This document shows positions 12,728 through 26,575 of a stretch of 64,000 nt of DNA, in pieces. Below the pieces are notes generated by a model. The model was not told the DNA's origin, made no database searches, and worked only from the letters and a program-made list of their open reading frames with translations. The DNA comes from Octopus vulgaris (lineage: Eukaryota): assembly GCA_951406725.2 (NCBI GenBank), contig OX597819.1:38874001-38938000 (forward strand), in the 5' to 3' direction. Position 1 is the stretch's first letter. Every line of letters begins with the position of its first letter. The position numbers and the translations under genes were made by a program.

Positions 12728-13789
12728 GGTGATGGTTAATGATATTGTAAGGGTTGCAGCATATTTCATTATGTTTGATCTTTTTTTTTTGTAAATTCTA
12801 TAATATTGACTACGTACCTGATTATTACAAAAAAAAAAAAAAAAAGAAAGAAAGAAAGACAAATTTTCAGAGCAGTTTATAAAGTTAAGTACAAGCTAGG
12901 TAAGAGAATCATGGTAATCCAAAGTATTGCAGAAATTCATTAAATATCATTCACATTGAATATTTACAGCACAGTAACAAAGTTGTAACCGAAAAAAAAA
13001 AAAGAAAAGAAAAATTAAATTTTTTTTTTATGAAGATAATTGTGCCTACTGTATTATAATATGGAAAAGGAAACTAAAATCTTATTTGTTGAAGAAAACA
13101 TTATTTCCCAGAATATTCCAGCATTTAACTTTTTATTGCAGAAACCAGATATATCCACTCAAAATCTCATTACCCTTTACTGTAGAAAGCAATTATATAC
13201 ACAATCTATCTTTTATTAAAGAATGTCATATTTGAAACTACTTTCAGTTGAAATATGTCAAGTTCACTGTGGCAAGTAACTTGCTGAAAATACCAATTCT
13301 AATTTTCGGTAGATATTTAAGATCATTATTGGAATAACCATGAAATGTAATTTCACAGTTAAAGGGTTGGCTGTCCATAGAAATGAACCAACCAATACAT
13401 TACATTCCAAAGAAGTTTTATGGCTATTAACTTAAGCAGCATTCCAGTTCCGGTGGTTTAGTGACCCAATGACCTAAATGTGAGCCGCAAGTGTAATCAA
13501 TTAATTAATCAATCAGAGACAATTCTGAAAACTTGGATTATTGGTAGACAATCTGATATCAATTACTTAACAATTGCTGTTACATTGTGTTGATTTTGAG
13601 TTGTTGTAGTGAGATTAATTGCTTTTAAATCAATTGTTCTCTTAATTAAAAGAGTGGTAGCTATTGCCATTGTTGTTGCTGTTGTTATTTAGCCTCAAGC
13701 AGATGTATGATCAAAAGCACTCCAGCCACGACTGTCCTGTCTTTTCATATCTTTTATCTTCTACGTGTGTTAGTCATTGGACTGCAGCC

Positions 13790-14010
13790 ATGTTGTCAGA
13801 ATTGTTAGCATGCTGGGCAAAATGCTTAGTGGCATTATGTCTGCCTTTACATTCTGAGTTCAAATTCCTCCAAGGTCAACTTCGTCTTTTATCCTTTTAG
13901 AGTCAATAAAATAAGTACCAGTTGCACACTGGGGTGGGGGTGGGGGACCCAATGTAATCAACTCACCTCTTCCCCTGAAATTGTTGGCCTTGGGTTACAA
14001 ATTTGAAATC
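13790..14010 (+). mobile_element. Family A SINE, decayed
   Basis: GTTAGCATGCTGGGCAAAATGCTTAG...CTGAGTTCAAATTCC...AAGTACCAG. Confidence 0.75.
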
Positions 14011-14504
14011 ATCCTCATCATCATCATTATTGTTATCAAATATTGTAGAATGTAATTTGAAGGTGGTTTGGCAACTATATATGGCAGATAAAATGACCAT
14101 ATTGAGATTGTTCATTTGGTATATTAAAAGATCTTTTTTCACATGATTTAGGAGAGGAAAAGTAGTGACCACTACCCTCTTCAGGGCTTTCATGACTGAT
14201 AGGGTGAAGCTATTCCCAGAACGCTAAAGGCACCTATGGATTACATGGTGGCATTAAGTCAAATAATAGATTAAGTCTTTGTCTCAAGAACAAGATGAGT
14301 TCCTCTATTGGATTTTCACACAATTTGTCAACCAAATTCCACTCTTGAGTCTTTTAATAAACTTGAGGCCATGGTAGAAGATATTTGGCAAATATGCCAC
14401 GTAGTAGTATTGAACACAAAATCACAGAGTTGTGAGATGAACTTTTTAACCACATTCCCATACGTCCATCTATGAAGTTTGGTGTATTGTCTGGTAATTC
14501 TTTC

Positions 14505-14680
14505 TAATTTTGGCACAAGACAGCAGTTTTAAGGGGAGAGTGAAGACAATTACATCAACTCCAGTGCTGAACTGGTATTTATTTTACTGATCCCCAAAGA
14601 ACTAAAAGCCAAATTGACCTCCAGAAGAAAAACCGCTAAGTATTTTGTCTAGCATGACAATGATTCTGCCAGCCAGCCAC
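14505..14680 (-). mobile_element. Family A SINE, decayed with internal deletion
   Basis: Reverse-complement match (TTTTGGCACAAG...CTGGTATTTATTTTA...GATTCTGCCAGC). Confidence 0.65.
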
Positions 14681-14712
14681 ATTATTGTGTGGTAATAAGG
14701 ATTTATATTGAA

Positions 14713-14925
14713 GGCAGCGAGCTGGTAGAAACGTTAGCACGCTGGGCAAAATACTTAGTGGTATTTCGTCTGTCTTTACGTTCTGAGTTCAAATTCTGCT
14801 GAGGTTGACTTTGCCTTTCATTCTATCAGGGTCGATAAATTAAGTACCGGTCGTGTACTGAGGTCGATCTAATTGACTGGAGCCCTTCCCAAAAATTTCG
14901 GACCTTGTACCTAGAGTAGAAAAGA
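14713..14925 (+). mobile_element. Family A SINE, full length
   Basis: GGCAGCGAGCTGGTAGAAACGTTAGCACG...CCTAGAGTAGAAAAG; degenerate TSD AATAA.GATTTAT. Confidence 0.9.
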
Positions 14926-16163
14926 ATAATGATTTATGCTGACTATACACAAGTGGAGAAAGTACAGACAACTATATTGAATCCAAGTATAGCATTGGTA
15001 TTTATAACACTCACATTGAATTCAGATAAGGTCAGGTGTGTATGTGTGTGGAGGGGGATATGAGCCATTGCAGTGCATCACTGCATCTACTATTTGTTGG
15101 CATCTGCTTGGGTTGTCCTGGGCAACCCTCTGAGCAGTGTCCTGGTCAGTTTGTGAAATACTTCCTCACTTACAATGACCACAATAAATCTGATGAGATT
15201 TAGATTGAAAAATGTAGCAACAGGAAAGTAAACGATGTAAGAAATATATATTGTGAAATTCATAAGTTTTGCATTTACATTTTTTATTTTATTTGTTTTT
15301 TTTTTTTTGTTTTACTTGTTGGGTCTGAAAGAGAGGGGAGTGTCTGTGACCTCTTCAAAGTCCTCAGAAACCCTTGAGATTGATGCAGTTAATGTTCCAC
15401 TTTAAATGTTGCAATTTGCACGTATAGGAAAGATATAAACAAGAAGAAAATTTCTAGAGAGTCCAAAGTCCTGGAAAGGAAGAACTGGGCATAGGGGATA
15501 ATGCAGTGCCTTGGTTTTTGGGAGCATCAGGGATGATGAGAAGAAAGACTAATGAAATAGGAATGCCTGAATGGAGGCTGCATAAGACAAGCCAACTTCA
15601 AGGAACAAAAACCACTGTAGTAATTTGGAAAAAAAAAAAAAAGCAGAGAAGTAGATGTTGGTGCATATCTGTGAATGATTTTATACCAATCAGTCAAGTG
15701 GCCTTTTACTAGATGCAGTCTAGAATGTGTCTACATACAACAACATTATACCAGATAGTGGGAGCAATATAGATTCAAGAGCCACAGAGAGAAGAGAAAG
15801 CTATTTTCTTTTGGTGAGTGGACTATCTCTACACCAGAGACGAGAGAGAGAGAGAGAAAGAAAGAGAGAGAGTTAATTATCAATTGTTATAGACCAATCT
15901 AAATGCATAGATATTCCCCTTCTGTTCCTTTTTTTTTTTCACATGTAACAAATTTAGTATGGTGCTGCAACATTCATGTCAATTCTCATCAGATTCCATG
16001 TTTTGTATAATCGCAATATTCCTGTCTCCAACTGGCAACGGAAATGGTCTGATTTCAGCTTTATAAGCAACAATGTTACTATACTCAGCAGATGCAGTTT
16101 CTACACTGTTTAGAAAATAGAAGTGTTGTTGTCTTTACAGTTGTTATTGCCACAGCTGCTACT

Positions 16164-16197
16164 GGTGGTGGTGGTGGTGGTGGTGGTGTTGGTGTTG

Positions 16198-16253
<56 letters not shown>
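16164..16253. repeat. Compound trinucleotide microsatellite (GGT)n(GTT)n(GCT)n
   Basis: Direct reading. Confidence 0.95.
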
Positions 16254-16271
16254 ACCACCTTTTGCTACCAT

Positions 16272-16450
16272 TGTGGTTTAGCCCCAGGTAAGCCACAACT
16301 CAGCAGACCTTTGATCAAAGGTCTTTCAGCAACAACCATTCTATCTTTCACTAGGACTACATAATCCAATGCATGCCTTCCAATTTTTAACAGATGTAAG
16401 TTGAAGATGATTGACTGCTATTTCTACCAGGTAGGATGACTACAGAGGGG
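16272..16450 (+). mobile_element. Old dispersed repeat, family I
   Basis: TGATCAAAGG...ACCAT...GGACTACAT.ATCCAATG...GCTGCTATTTCTA module recurring at about 7070, 20750, 25500(-), 26352(-), 49760(-) and 56440(-). Confidence 0.55.
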
Positions 16451-17294
16451 CAAGCACCAGGGCTGGTTCAAGAAATTCTGCTAGGTTTGGTCGCACCAAA
16501 TATTTTATTCCTTACAAACAGGTTGAAGTTTTTTGGTTTGTTTGTTTTTTTTTCTTTAATAGTAAGAATGTCTTAATATAAATACCATTCTGAGGTGTTG
16601 ACATAGCTCTAAGGCCTCTTTTTCAGAAAATCTAATTTCCTTTTTGAGATTGCAAGGGAAATATAAATTTCAAGGTAGTACAGACATAGAATTCCCAAAG
16701 TATGAGAAAAAAAGAAAGAAAGAAAAAAAAAAAAACAAATTCCAGAGAGTCTCCTCAAATATAGATAGGAAGATTGGTTTAATATCAACACAAAGATGTT
16801 TCATTAAACATTCACACACACATACATACATATACATATATAATTACACATTAGCAGAATAAATACAATAGACACATACACACACTGGCACAAATATGCA
16901 AAATATATGTATATATATATATATATACTAAGGTTGGTATATTTTCTTTTTTTTTCCTTTTTTTTTTTTGAAGGAGAGAGAAAAGCAAGGTTAAGTAGGC
17001 ATTAAATAGGGTTCCACCTTAATAGAAATTACAGATTAAAGAATTGCAATGATCTGCATAGGATCCCCTAAGGCTTTAGCAAATTAAGTAAAGTGGTCTC
17101 AAATAGGAATATAGGAAAAGGGTCAGGAATTCTGTTAATTGAACATTTTCTATGATCACTTGCATCATCTACCTATCTCATTATATGTATGTGTATGTAC
17201 ATACAAATAAATTAGATAATATACATGTATATGCTTGTGTGTGTGTGTATGTATATATATATATATACACACACACACACAAACATACAATTGT

Positions 17295-17382
17295 ATATCA
17301 CTGTGATCACCATGACCGACCAGGCTATCAGACGTTGCTACACATCGCTGGTCACAATGCGCTTCGCATTGTTTTAGCCTTC
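17295..17382 (-). mobile_element. Family E SINE 3' fragment
   Basis: Matches 39384-39472. Confidence 0.8.
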
Positions 17383-17689
17383 ATTTTTTTGTCTTCCCAT
17401 TTGGGGATTCAGTACAATTTTTTTCTGTCTAACCTCTTTCTTTTTCTCTTTCTCTTTCTGTTGATTGTTTTCAAACATCACCATCACCAGTACCACCACC
17501 ATTGCCACTACAACTGCATAACACATACCGTTCAAACTTCTGATGCCACCACCATCACCACTGTCTTTCACAGTTGCAGGGTGTGGGGTTGCATTATGTA
17601 TGTCGCTCTGTCATACTCTAACCTTTCATCATCTGACACAAGATCACCTCCTCCAATGCTCCCTACCATCTCAAAATTCCTTATCTTTA

Positions 17690-17900
17690 CTTGGTGATCC
17701 TGCCAGTACTGGTGCCATATAAAATGCATCCCGTCCACACTGTACAGTGGTTGGCATTTGGAAGAGCATCCAGCTGTAAAACCATGTCAAAACTGACCTT
17801 GCCTGTGCTGGTGCTATGTAAAAAGTATACAGTCCACTCTGTAGATAGGTTGGTATTAGGAAAGGTATCTAGCCATAGAAACCCTGCCCCCCAAAAAACA
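17690..17900 (+). mobile_element. Family C-related fragment, two ~100-bp units
   Basis: CTGGTGC.A..TAAAA...GTGGTTGG.ATT.GGAA..G.ATC.AGC..TA.AAACC occurs twice. Confidence 0.6.
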
Positions 17901-18035
17901 GTAGCTTGGGATAGTCTTCTACATGAAGTGTCATAGTCATCTACCATGAAGTGTGATTGTTGGGCCCAAGGCCCAATGAAGAACCTTCTACAGAAGATAG
18001 CTTAAAAGTCACCTGATAGGGCAGCTTTTAAGCTA

Positions 18036-18036
<1 letters not shown>

Positions 18037-18068
<32 letters not shown>

Positions 18069-18153
18069 CATACATACATATATGTATGTGTGTGTGTATG
18101 TATGTATGTATGTATTATATATACAATTGTATGTTTGTTTGTGTGTGTGCGTG

Positions 18154-18205
<52 letters not shown>

Positions 18206-18220
18206 CAAGCATATACATGT
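18037..18220. repeat. (TA)n/(TG)n/(TATG)n microsatellite
   Basis: Direct reading. Confidence 0.95.
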
Positions 18221-18299
18221 ATATTATCTAATGTCCACCTTCAATGCTTGCATGGAAGGTGGATGTTAAACAATGATGATGATGATGATGATGAAATGT

Positions 18300-18540
18300 A
18301 GAGGTGTATAGCTTAGTAGTTAAGGTGTTAGACTCATGATTGTAAGGTTGCACTTTGATTTCAGGACTGGGTAATGCATTGTGTTCTTGACCAAAACACT
18401 TCATTTCATGATGATCCAGTCTACTCAGCTGACAAAAAATTAGTAATCCTGTGATGGACTGGTATCCCATCTAGGAGGGCAATATACTCATATGCACCAC
18501 AGGAACTGAGAAACCGGCCCTGTGGGTTTATATGACTCAG
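18300..18540 (+). mobile_element. Family D-type head joined to a GATGGACTGG..CCC.TC.AG 3' module
   Basis: tRNA-like head, TGTGTTCTTGACCAAAACACTT, then a tail shared with 40361-40490 (minus strand). Confidence 0.6.
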
Positions 18541-19253
18541 AGAGGAGATATATGTAATAATTAAATTATATATTATGCACTTGATTGTGTTTTGTTATGT
18601 GCATGATCCCCTGATTGGTGGGAAAATCTTGCTTGAAATTGGGCCATGATGCAAAAATGGTTAGTGACCACTGCTCTAGATTACCCTTTGTCTTTAAAAC
18701 CAATATCTGGTCAACTTAATAATTAGCCCAGACTTGTACTGTAGAAAAGTATATAATTGATTAACAGGTTAATCATACAAACTGGTGAATGGAAACCATA
18801 CATCTATTCAGGTATAGAGACAAATATACACACACACATATACATACAAATCTATATAATATATATAAAGACATATACCTAAAATATTCAGAAATATTCA
18901 ATCAATGAAGGAATCAGTTAAGCAAGTGAGTTGAGTGCCATTTATGACTTTGGGCAAACACTATACACTAGAATGAAGTTAGGTGTACATTCAGGTTAGC
19001 TCTCCAAAAGAAGCATTTGTGTACATAAGACCGCTACAGCGATGAACTGCTGTTCATTACATGGGTTTCATTGATTAAACATTAAGAAAGTTTACATACA
19101 TCATCAAAGTCATTTTACGTCCATGCTCCAGGCTGGCATAATGCATAAATACACACACACACACACACACACACACAACACATACATAGATATAAATATA
19201 TACATATACATATATACATACACACACACATATATATATGCATATATACATGC

Positions 19254-19294
<41 letters not shown>

Positions 19295-19450
19295 TGTGCA
19301 GTGCAAACATAAACACAAACAAACAACCAAATAACCATCATACAAACATTTGAAAGTTCAACTGTTTTTCTCTCATTTTTTTCTTTGCTATTTTTTTTTT
19401 GATTTTTTTAATAGCAATAAAACACCAGCTTGTATAGATAATCATAATTT

Positions 19451-19451
<1 letters not shown>

Positions 19452-19492
<41 letters not shown>

Positions 19493-19543
19493 TATATATA
19501 CATAAATATAAATATATATATATATACATATATATATACATAC

Positions 19544-19601
<58 letters not shown>

Positions 19602-19646
19602 ATATATACATACATATATATATATATACATACATGCATACATACA

Positions 19647-19682
<36 letters not shown>

Positions 19683-19716
19683 TACATACATATATATATA
19701 TACATACATATATACA

Positions 19717-19785
<69 letters not shown>
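19452..19785. repeat. Long compound (TA)n/(TACA)n microsatellite
   Basis: Direct reading; source of several spurious ORFs. Confidence 0.97.
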
Positions 19786-19787
<2 letters not shown>

Positions 19788-20369
19788 CATTGAGTGACGT
19801 ACAAGCAAACAGACCACTCAGTATAGTTCACAAGAACAGCTTACTTAACGCCATAAACATTATCGCCATATATAATAATCCCTATTACTATATGTAGCTC
19901 CTCAAATGTTTACACAGAAAAGTCTAAATTGAGTGTAAAGTATGTTTTCATAATGCTAACAAACCAAACTATCACTGACTGCCAAGTTTTACTCTCCATC
20001 TGACTTTACCCACATACTGACATTAGACTATGAAATGTGCTAAGTGATATAAGCAGCGATATAACTGTTTTTATTCCCATTTTTTTTTCTTTCTCCAACA
20101 GTGTAAAGATAATAGGTAACTTCTAGTAAATACTTTTATCAAATATAAATATTTGCCATTTATCTTTTCTCCAGGTCTTTTTGTTTTTTATTGATTCTAT
20201 TCCTTGTTTCTCTTGAGAGGCTGTTTTGATTATACATTAATTTCTATCAGAGAGGAGAGATAAAAAATGTGCAGACATAGCACTGTAGCTAAGAAATTCA
20301 CTTTAATAATTACACAGCCCTAGTCTTGTTTCCTCTGCTCAGCACCTTGAGTAAAACTTCTGGAGTTCA

Positions 20370-20553
20370 ATCTTTTAGCAGTGAAATCAGCCATATCTAG
20401 CCCAAATTTTCTACTTCTTTCATGCTCAGTTCAATCAAATCCTGTCTCTCACACCTACCTTACAATGTCATTCTAAAAACAAACAATCACATCATTGAAA
20501 GTGAATAAATAAGCATTACGTTTGACAGAGTAATCAGAACACTGAAGGATTAA
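20370..20553. mobile_element. piggyBac-like MITE paralogue with internal deletion
   Basis: Shares CTCTCACACCTACC.TACAATGTCATTCTAAAAA and GTGAATAAATAAGCATTAC.TTTGACA with 6171-6737. Confidence 0.6.
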
Positions 20554-22069
20554 TATATATCTAATATGTTCTTTCCTTAGTCAAGACAGTAGCTATTGAC
20601 TTAAGGGAGACTTGGTTGTTGTTTCCATTGGTTCAGAGGATCATATAGAAGCTCCCTGTTTAGATTAGGGAGGTCTTAGTTACTCACTGATCTGAGAAAA
20701 GGGGAAAATAGGGAGAGTGAATTCAATATGGCTACAGGCTGGAGAGAGAAGTTGTTATAGTTTAGTTCTGGATCATTCCTGTTCAGGCATATAAATGATC
20801 AAAAGCTTTCCAACTGTGACCATCCCATCTGTTTCCTATGCACAGAGAACTCAGTATCATATTATCCAATGTATCCTTTTCTAAGATGATGGAGTATGAC
20901 TTGAGGGATTTAGCTGCTATTTCAAGCACTGGTAGACAGTGAGGTGCCTCTTAGACAGCATAAAAGAACCACATATAGTGAATAAGGTTTCAGTTTCAAG
21001 TATGAAATGTATGCAAAGCTTGTGATAAGAATAAATGACAAATGGAGTCAAGAAGTGAATTTGGTGGGGACAGCACAGATGTTGATGCAGACAGTGAAAA
21101 TTGCTCAGTGGTTTTGCTTTGTGAACTTCATTAGGGCTTATGGCATTTTAGGGCTCATAGCAGTGTTTCTCAACCATTTTTTACCTATATTCCTCAACTC
21201 ACAATCTGCCATCTTTACAAAAATTAAAAACACTGAAACATCTCATCTTTTTTTTTTGATCAAAGATTTGATATAAAAAAAGACAAGACAGTCATGTCAA
21301 GAATATTTTTGATCAAATCTGACACTGGGCTAAACTACAAGAATAACAAGAACCTTTCAGAACCTTTTATCCTTAGTTTGAGTCCCCTAACAATCTAATG
21401 GTGAATCCCTGCAGGAAAATACTTCAAAGACGGGTTTGTCTTCATTCTATTTGTAGAGGCCATATATTTGTTAGTTAATGTAAACTTACAACAAAGAAAC
21501 TTTGTGCAACCATATAGAAAATTGTCAAAATGCTAATATTTATTATTAATATTTGAAATTGATAGATATCAATAAAAAATCATATTCTTCCTCATACAAT
21601 GGAATAATCAGAAATCATCATTTAAATCTAATATTAATTAATGTATCATTTCAAAAGATATGCTGAAATAATTAAATTAAATGTTGAATCTGTATAACAT
21701 AAAATGTTGAAACTAATATAATTAAACATGCAATCAAATTATGAAATTGTTCTTTGAAGCATAAAATATATATCAATACCCACTTAATAGTTGTATCAGT
21801 TGAAATTGATATTAGTATTTAAGTTAGTGCAAACATATAAAACAGATACTTTATTAATTACAATTACATCAATATTGAAAGTCATTACCTTAATGATTAA
21901 TTCTTGTCAAGAACAGCATGGGAGACAACTCTGAAATATAAAAAAATTTTAATTATTACCCTTTGTCATTTTGATAGAATTGGTACTAACATAAAAAAAC
22001 ATACAACTGTGGCACAAAAAATGTCAATGTAATATATATTCTTTTACTTCTGCTCCTTTGGGAAAAGGT

Positions 22070-22272
22070 TAAGAAGACCCCCTATGGTCATGAAGGATCA
22101 TGGGGTTGCACCTAGAAAGTTCCCCTCCAAGGCACAAGTCTGGGCTAGGCTGTTTATGGAAGATCAGCAGTCGCCCATGCATACCAGCCTCCTTTCTCCA
22201 TGCCAATGATGTTAACCAAGGGAAAGGCAAAGGCCGATACAGCTTGGCACCAGTGACATCGCAACACATTTC
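22070..22272 (-). mobile_element. Family D SINE 3' half
   Basis: Reverse complement of about 44070-44262. Confidence 0.8.
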
Positions 22273-23046
22273 TACCTCACGGACATACCAATAGAATTAG
22301 GGTAGGTAAGGCCCTTCAGCACTTTATCTGCTCATCTAAGAAAAGGTAACTCCATATAAATCTTTTATTCTGATAACTACTGGGCTCCTGACACTTGTTG
22401 CACCAAACCAATACAAGTTTGGTGGTTAAGAGAGTGGGGCTGGCTCTGCACAAACCATGCCCAATATACAAACAAACCTCTGCTGTCTTGTGTGGTAATT
22501 TATTGAGCATTTAGAAAAGTCAAAGAGAGTAAGAAAATCTGGTGTGAGGGACCCTAAGACAGATATGCACAGTTATACTTAACCAATACCTAGCATCCCC
22601 TGTGGTTCCATAGATGCTTTGAATGCATTGACTTGCCTTTCTTTTGCAGCATATCCATGGTTGAAGAAATGGTAAGTGTACTTAGATCTAGGCACTTGCT
22701 TTTGGAAACAGCTGAGGCACAGTAGAGGTAGTTAAGTAACTGTCTTTGCAATACTGTCAGCCAGTGACAAAAAAGGCCAATAACTTTTTTGGTTGTTGGG
22801 CTGCGTGCATTTCAACCCAGCACTGGAGTCAAGACTGGTATAAAATGTCTGGTACTTATTTTAGTGAAAGGTTACTAGCAATCATCGAAATATATAACAT
22901 AGACAACACTGTTTTATTTTTTAAAGACTGGTGTAACCACAGATATAAACATAGACTACAAATCACCATCACATTTCCATCATTGATATTTTTGTTACAA
23001 TCGTTTTAACAGTCACTTTTCCATGTTTGTATGAATCGGATGTGAC

Positions 23047-23280
23047 TTTACTCTTTTACTTGTTTCAGTCATTTGACTGTGGCCATGCTGGAGCACCACC
23101 TTTAGTCGAGCAAATCGACCCCAGAACTTATTCTTTGTAAGCCTAGTACTTATTCTATCGGTCTCTTTTGCCGAACCGCTAAGTTACAGGGACCTAAACA
23201 CACCAGCATCGGTTGTCAAGCGATGTTGGGGGGGACAAACACAGACACACAAACATATACACACACACACACACACACAT

Positions 23281-23328
<48 letters not shown>

Positions 23329-23383
23329 TTTACTCTCTTTTACTTGTTTCAGTCATTTGACTGCGGCCATGCTGGAGCACCGC

Positions 23384-23427
<44 letters not shown>

Positions 23428-23587
23428 ACGATGGGCTTCTTTCAGTTTCCGTCTACCAAGTCCACTCACAAGGCTTTGGTCGGCCCGAGGCTATAGTAGA
23501 AGACACTTGCCCAAGGTGCCACGCAGTGGGACTGAACCTGGAACCATGTGGTTCGTAAGCAAGCTACTTACCACACAGCCACTCACT
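23047..23587 (-). mobile_element. Family B tRNA-derived SINE with central microsatellite, full length
   Basis: Head TGGCTGTGTGGTAAG..GGTTCAGTCCC; CCTTGGGCAAG motif; tail GACTGAAACAAGTAAAAGAGTAAA; extra tail fragment at 23327-23386. Confidence 0.9.
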
Positions 23588-24719
23588 TTGTTGAAGTATA
23601 TATTTTAAACAGACACTGTCCTTGTGGCCAACTTCCACCAGTTTCCAAACATGGTCATATTTTTCTAATCTACAGAACAACAAAGTCAGAATATGCTTTC
23701 ATGGCAGATTACAAACAAATAACCCCATTTCTATGAATGGTGATCTTTATTTGTAATCAACATGCACATGTCAAAACAAAAGTAATCCGTACTCAGTCAC
23801 ACAAGCACACAGATGTATACATACATATCATTCATCATCACCATCATCATCATTGTTTTAATGATTATTTTTCTATGCTTGCATTTCTCCAAGTCTTTCA
23901 CACATGAACAGAACAACGGCCAAGTATAACTTCATGGAAGATTACAAGAGAATGACACTGTTTTTGTAAGATGGTGATGTTTTACAATAAGTGATGGTGA
24001 GGGAAGTAGTGGTGGTAATGATGGCAACGATGATGATGATGTTAAAAATGTATTTAGTTTTCTGGTAAAAGTAATTTCTATTAGAACATTTACATTCAGG
24101 ATCTTAACCCAAAATTCTTAAAGAGAAAAACTACTTTCATTTATAGACTTAATTCATTTAGTTATTTGTTTTTCAGACAGTATCAAACATAGTTACTGCC
24201 ATTCATTTACAGACAAGGGTTTTAGATATGGCTTTATCTTTTGTGATTAAGATCAATGCTAATCTCTTTTACTAATGGACGCAAAGTATCCATTTGCTGT
24301 AATTCAACTTCTAGCGATATGGAAAAGTTATTTATTTGTTTACCTGGAGATTAACAACACACTCATGCACAAAGGACATTGATAATCTATCAAATATCTA
24401 AAACGAACAAACAAATTATTTTTGTATCACAACAAAGAACCAACATTAAAAGAAATTGTTATATTTTTAATACATTCTATGATGTCGTTTCCTATTCTAC
24501 GTTTTTATCATAATTATCTCTGTTCCTTAGAGGATGCCACTGTCAACCTACTTTCATACAAAATTACTTTCTCACCTTAAGCTAATAGAAGTTCTTTGCA
24601 GTCATTTGAACCTGTGAAAAAACAGCAGACAAAATTTCCTTCTGATTTCAGACTACCATTTCAACAAAGGAAGAACATATAAAATTATTTGTCCTAGATA
24701 CACTATTTTTTTTTTTTTT

Positions 24720-25180
24720 TACTTTTATTTGTTTCAGTCATTTGACTATAGCCAAGCTGGAGCACCGCCTTGAAGGATTTTAGTTGAACAAATTGACTCC
24801 AGGATTTTTTTAAGCCTAGTAATTATCCTATTGGTCTTTTTTGGTGTGTTTACAGGGACGTAAACACACCAACACCAGTTGTCAAGGAGGGATGGGAGGA
24901 CAAATACAGACACACACATAGATATATACATACATACATACAGGTATATACATGCATGTGTGTGTATATATATATATACACACACACACACACATATATA
25001 TATATACACACGACAGGCTTCTTCCTTTCAGTTTCTGTCTCCCAAATCTACTCACAAGGCTTTGGTCAGTCCGAGGTTATAGTAGAAGACACTTGGCCAA
25101 GGTGCCACATAGTGGGACTGAACCTAGAACCATGTGGTTGGGAAGCAAGCTTCTTACCACACAGCCACACCTGTGCCTAT
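24720..25180 (-). mobile_element. Family B SINE
   Basis: Same head, middle and tail modules as 38465-38882. Confidence 0.85.
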
Positions 25181-25311
25181 ATGTCTGAACAAAGACAAGC
25201 TGGTCATGGCTGAAATATCTTTCATCAGAGGTTTTCTTGATCAGAGTTGACATACAACAAAAGACCAGCAATAACTACTTTTTTTACCTTGTGTCATACA
25301 CATGTGCACAG

Positions 25312-25345
<34 letters not shown>

Positions 25346-26351
25346 CTCACAGCTGCTGAATCTGTTACTCAAAACACAAGGCACTGCCTGAGAACTGAAC
25401 CCACAATCTTATAATTGTAAACTTAACACCTTATCTACAAAGCAACATGCCTTCAATTCAAAACCTACTGATTAAAAGGAGAAAGGGGCAAGATACATTG
25501 AACAACATAGCGCCTGGTGTACAAAAAGATGAGATGGCCACAACCGGAATGCCTCTGATCATAGGTCTACTTAATCAGGGCTAACCTTGTCCCAAAGAAC
25601 AGCAACAACACTAACAGCAAAGACAGCACAGTTCTAAAACCAGACTGAAAGCTAGGCTAGCTAGGAGAGTCGCAATGGATAATATTGTTCTTGATACACA
25701 AAATAAATGAGATGGTCACATCTGGAATGCCTTTGAGTATAGGCCTGCTCAGTTGAAACTAACATGGAGCTAAACAGTAGTAACAACACAACATGGTTCA
25801 TAAACTAGATTGAATGAACATGAACTTGCCAGGATACAAGACCAATGCATTGCATTTAACCATTTTATTGGCAGCGTTCATGTCAGACAGCTGCAACTGG
25901 GAAGCTAGTTAGGATAATAACAACAGCCACAGCAGCATGAGGTCATTCATAGATCAAGTGGCACAATATGAAAATAGAAGAGATGAAATCTTTACCAAAT
26001 ATTTCCTCTTAACAATGCACATATAGACACACACATACACACACACAGACACACACACACACACACAATACTTCCTCTTAGTGATAAGTGCACTCAAACA
26101 CTCACAGACACACACATTTCCTCTTAACAATAGACACATACACAAGACACAGGTACACACAATGATACCAACACATACACATACAGACACACACACGTCT
26201 TAACAATAGATACACACATGCATACACGCATACACATACACACACGCATATCCAAATGCCAAGATATAAAAATAAACTTTACATGAAAGTTTGGAAGTTT
26301 ATTTATGCAAATGGCATTTGGAAATTTATGTAAACTTTACATCAATGACAG

Positions 26352-26575
26352 AACCTCTATGTCGTTACTCAATTGACTAGAAATAGCAGCCAAATTTCTC
26401 TCATATTACATGCTGCCATCTTTAAAAGAAAAATATGTGGGAGAATGACAGCACATTGCATAATGTGTTCCTAGATACACTGGGATTAAATAAAACAGAG
26501 GAGCAAGAACGATCACAGTTGGAGCACCTTTGATCATAGGTCTGTTTGATCAGAACTGGTTTGGAGCTAAACAAC
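26352..26575 (-). mobile_element. Old dispersed repeat, family I
   Basis: CTAGAAATAGCAGCCAAAT...CCTTTGATCATAGGTCTG...GCTAAACAAC. Confidence 0.55.

Noticed and set aside
16092-16364. Poly-Gly/Val/Ala ORF, or poly-Gln/His on the minus strand, suggesting a transcription factor exon
   Set aside because: It runs directly into a dispersed repeat, the Q/H frame stops immediately, and I found no convincing splice sites or domain.
18002-19897. Many YI/CV/HT-rich ORFs
   Set aside because: Dinucleotide microsatellite read-through; the same applies at 26746-28154, 33044-34377 and 63384-63668.
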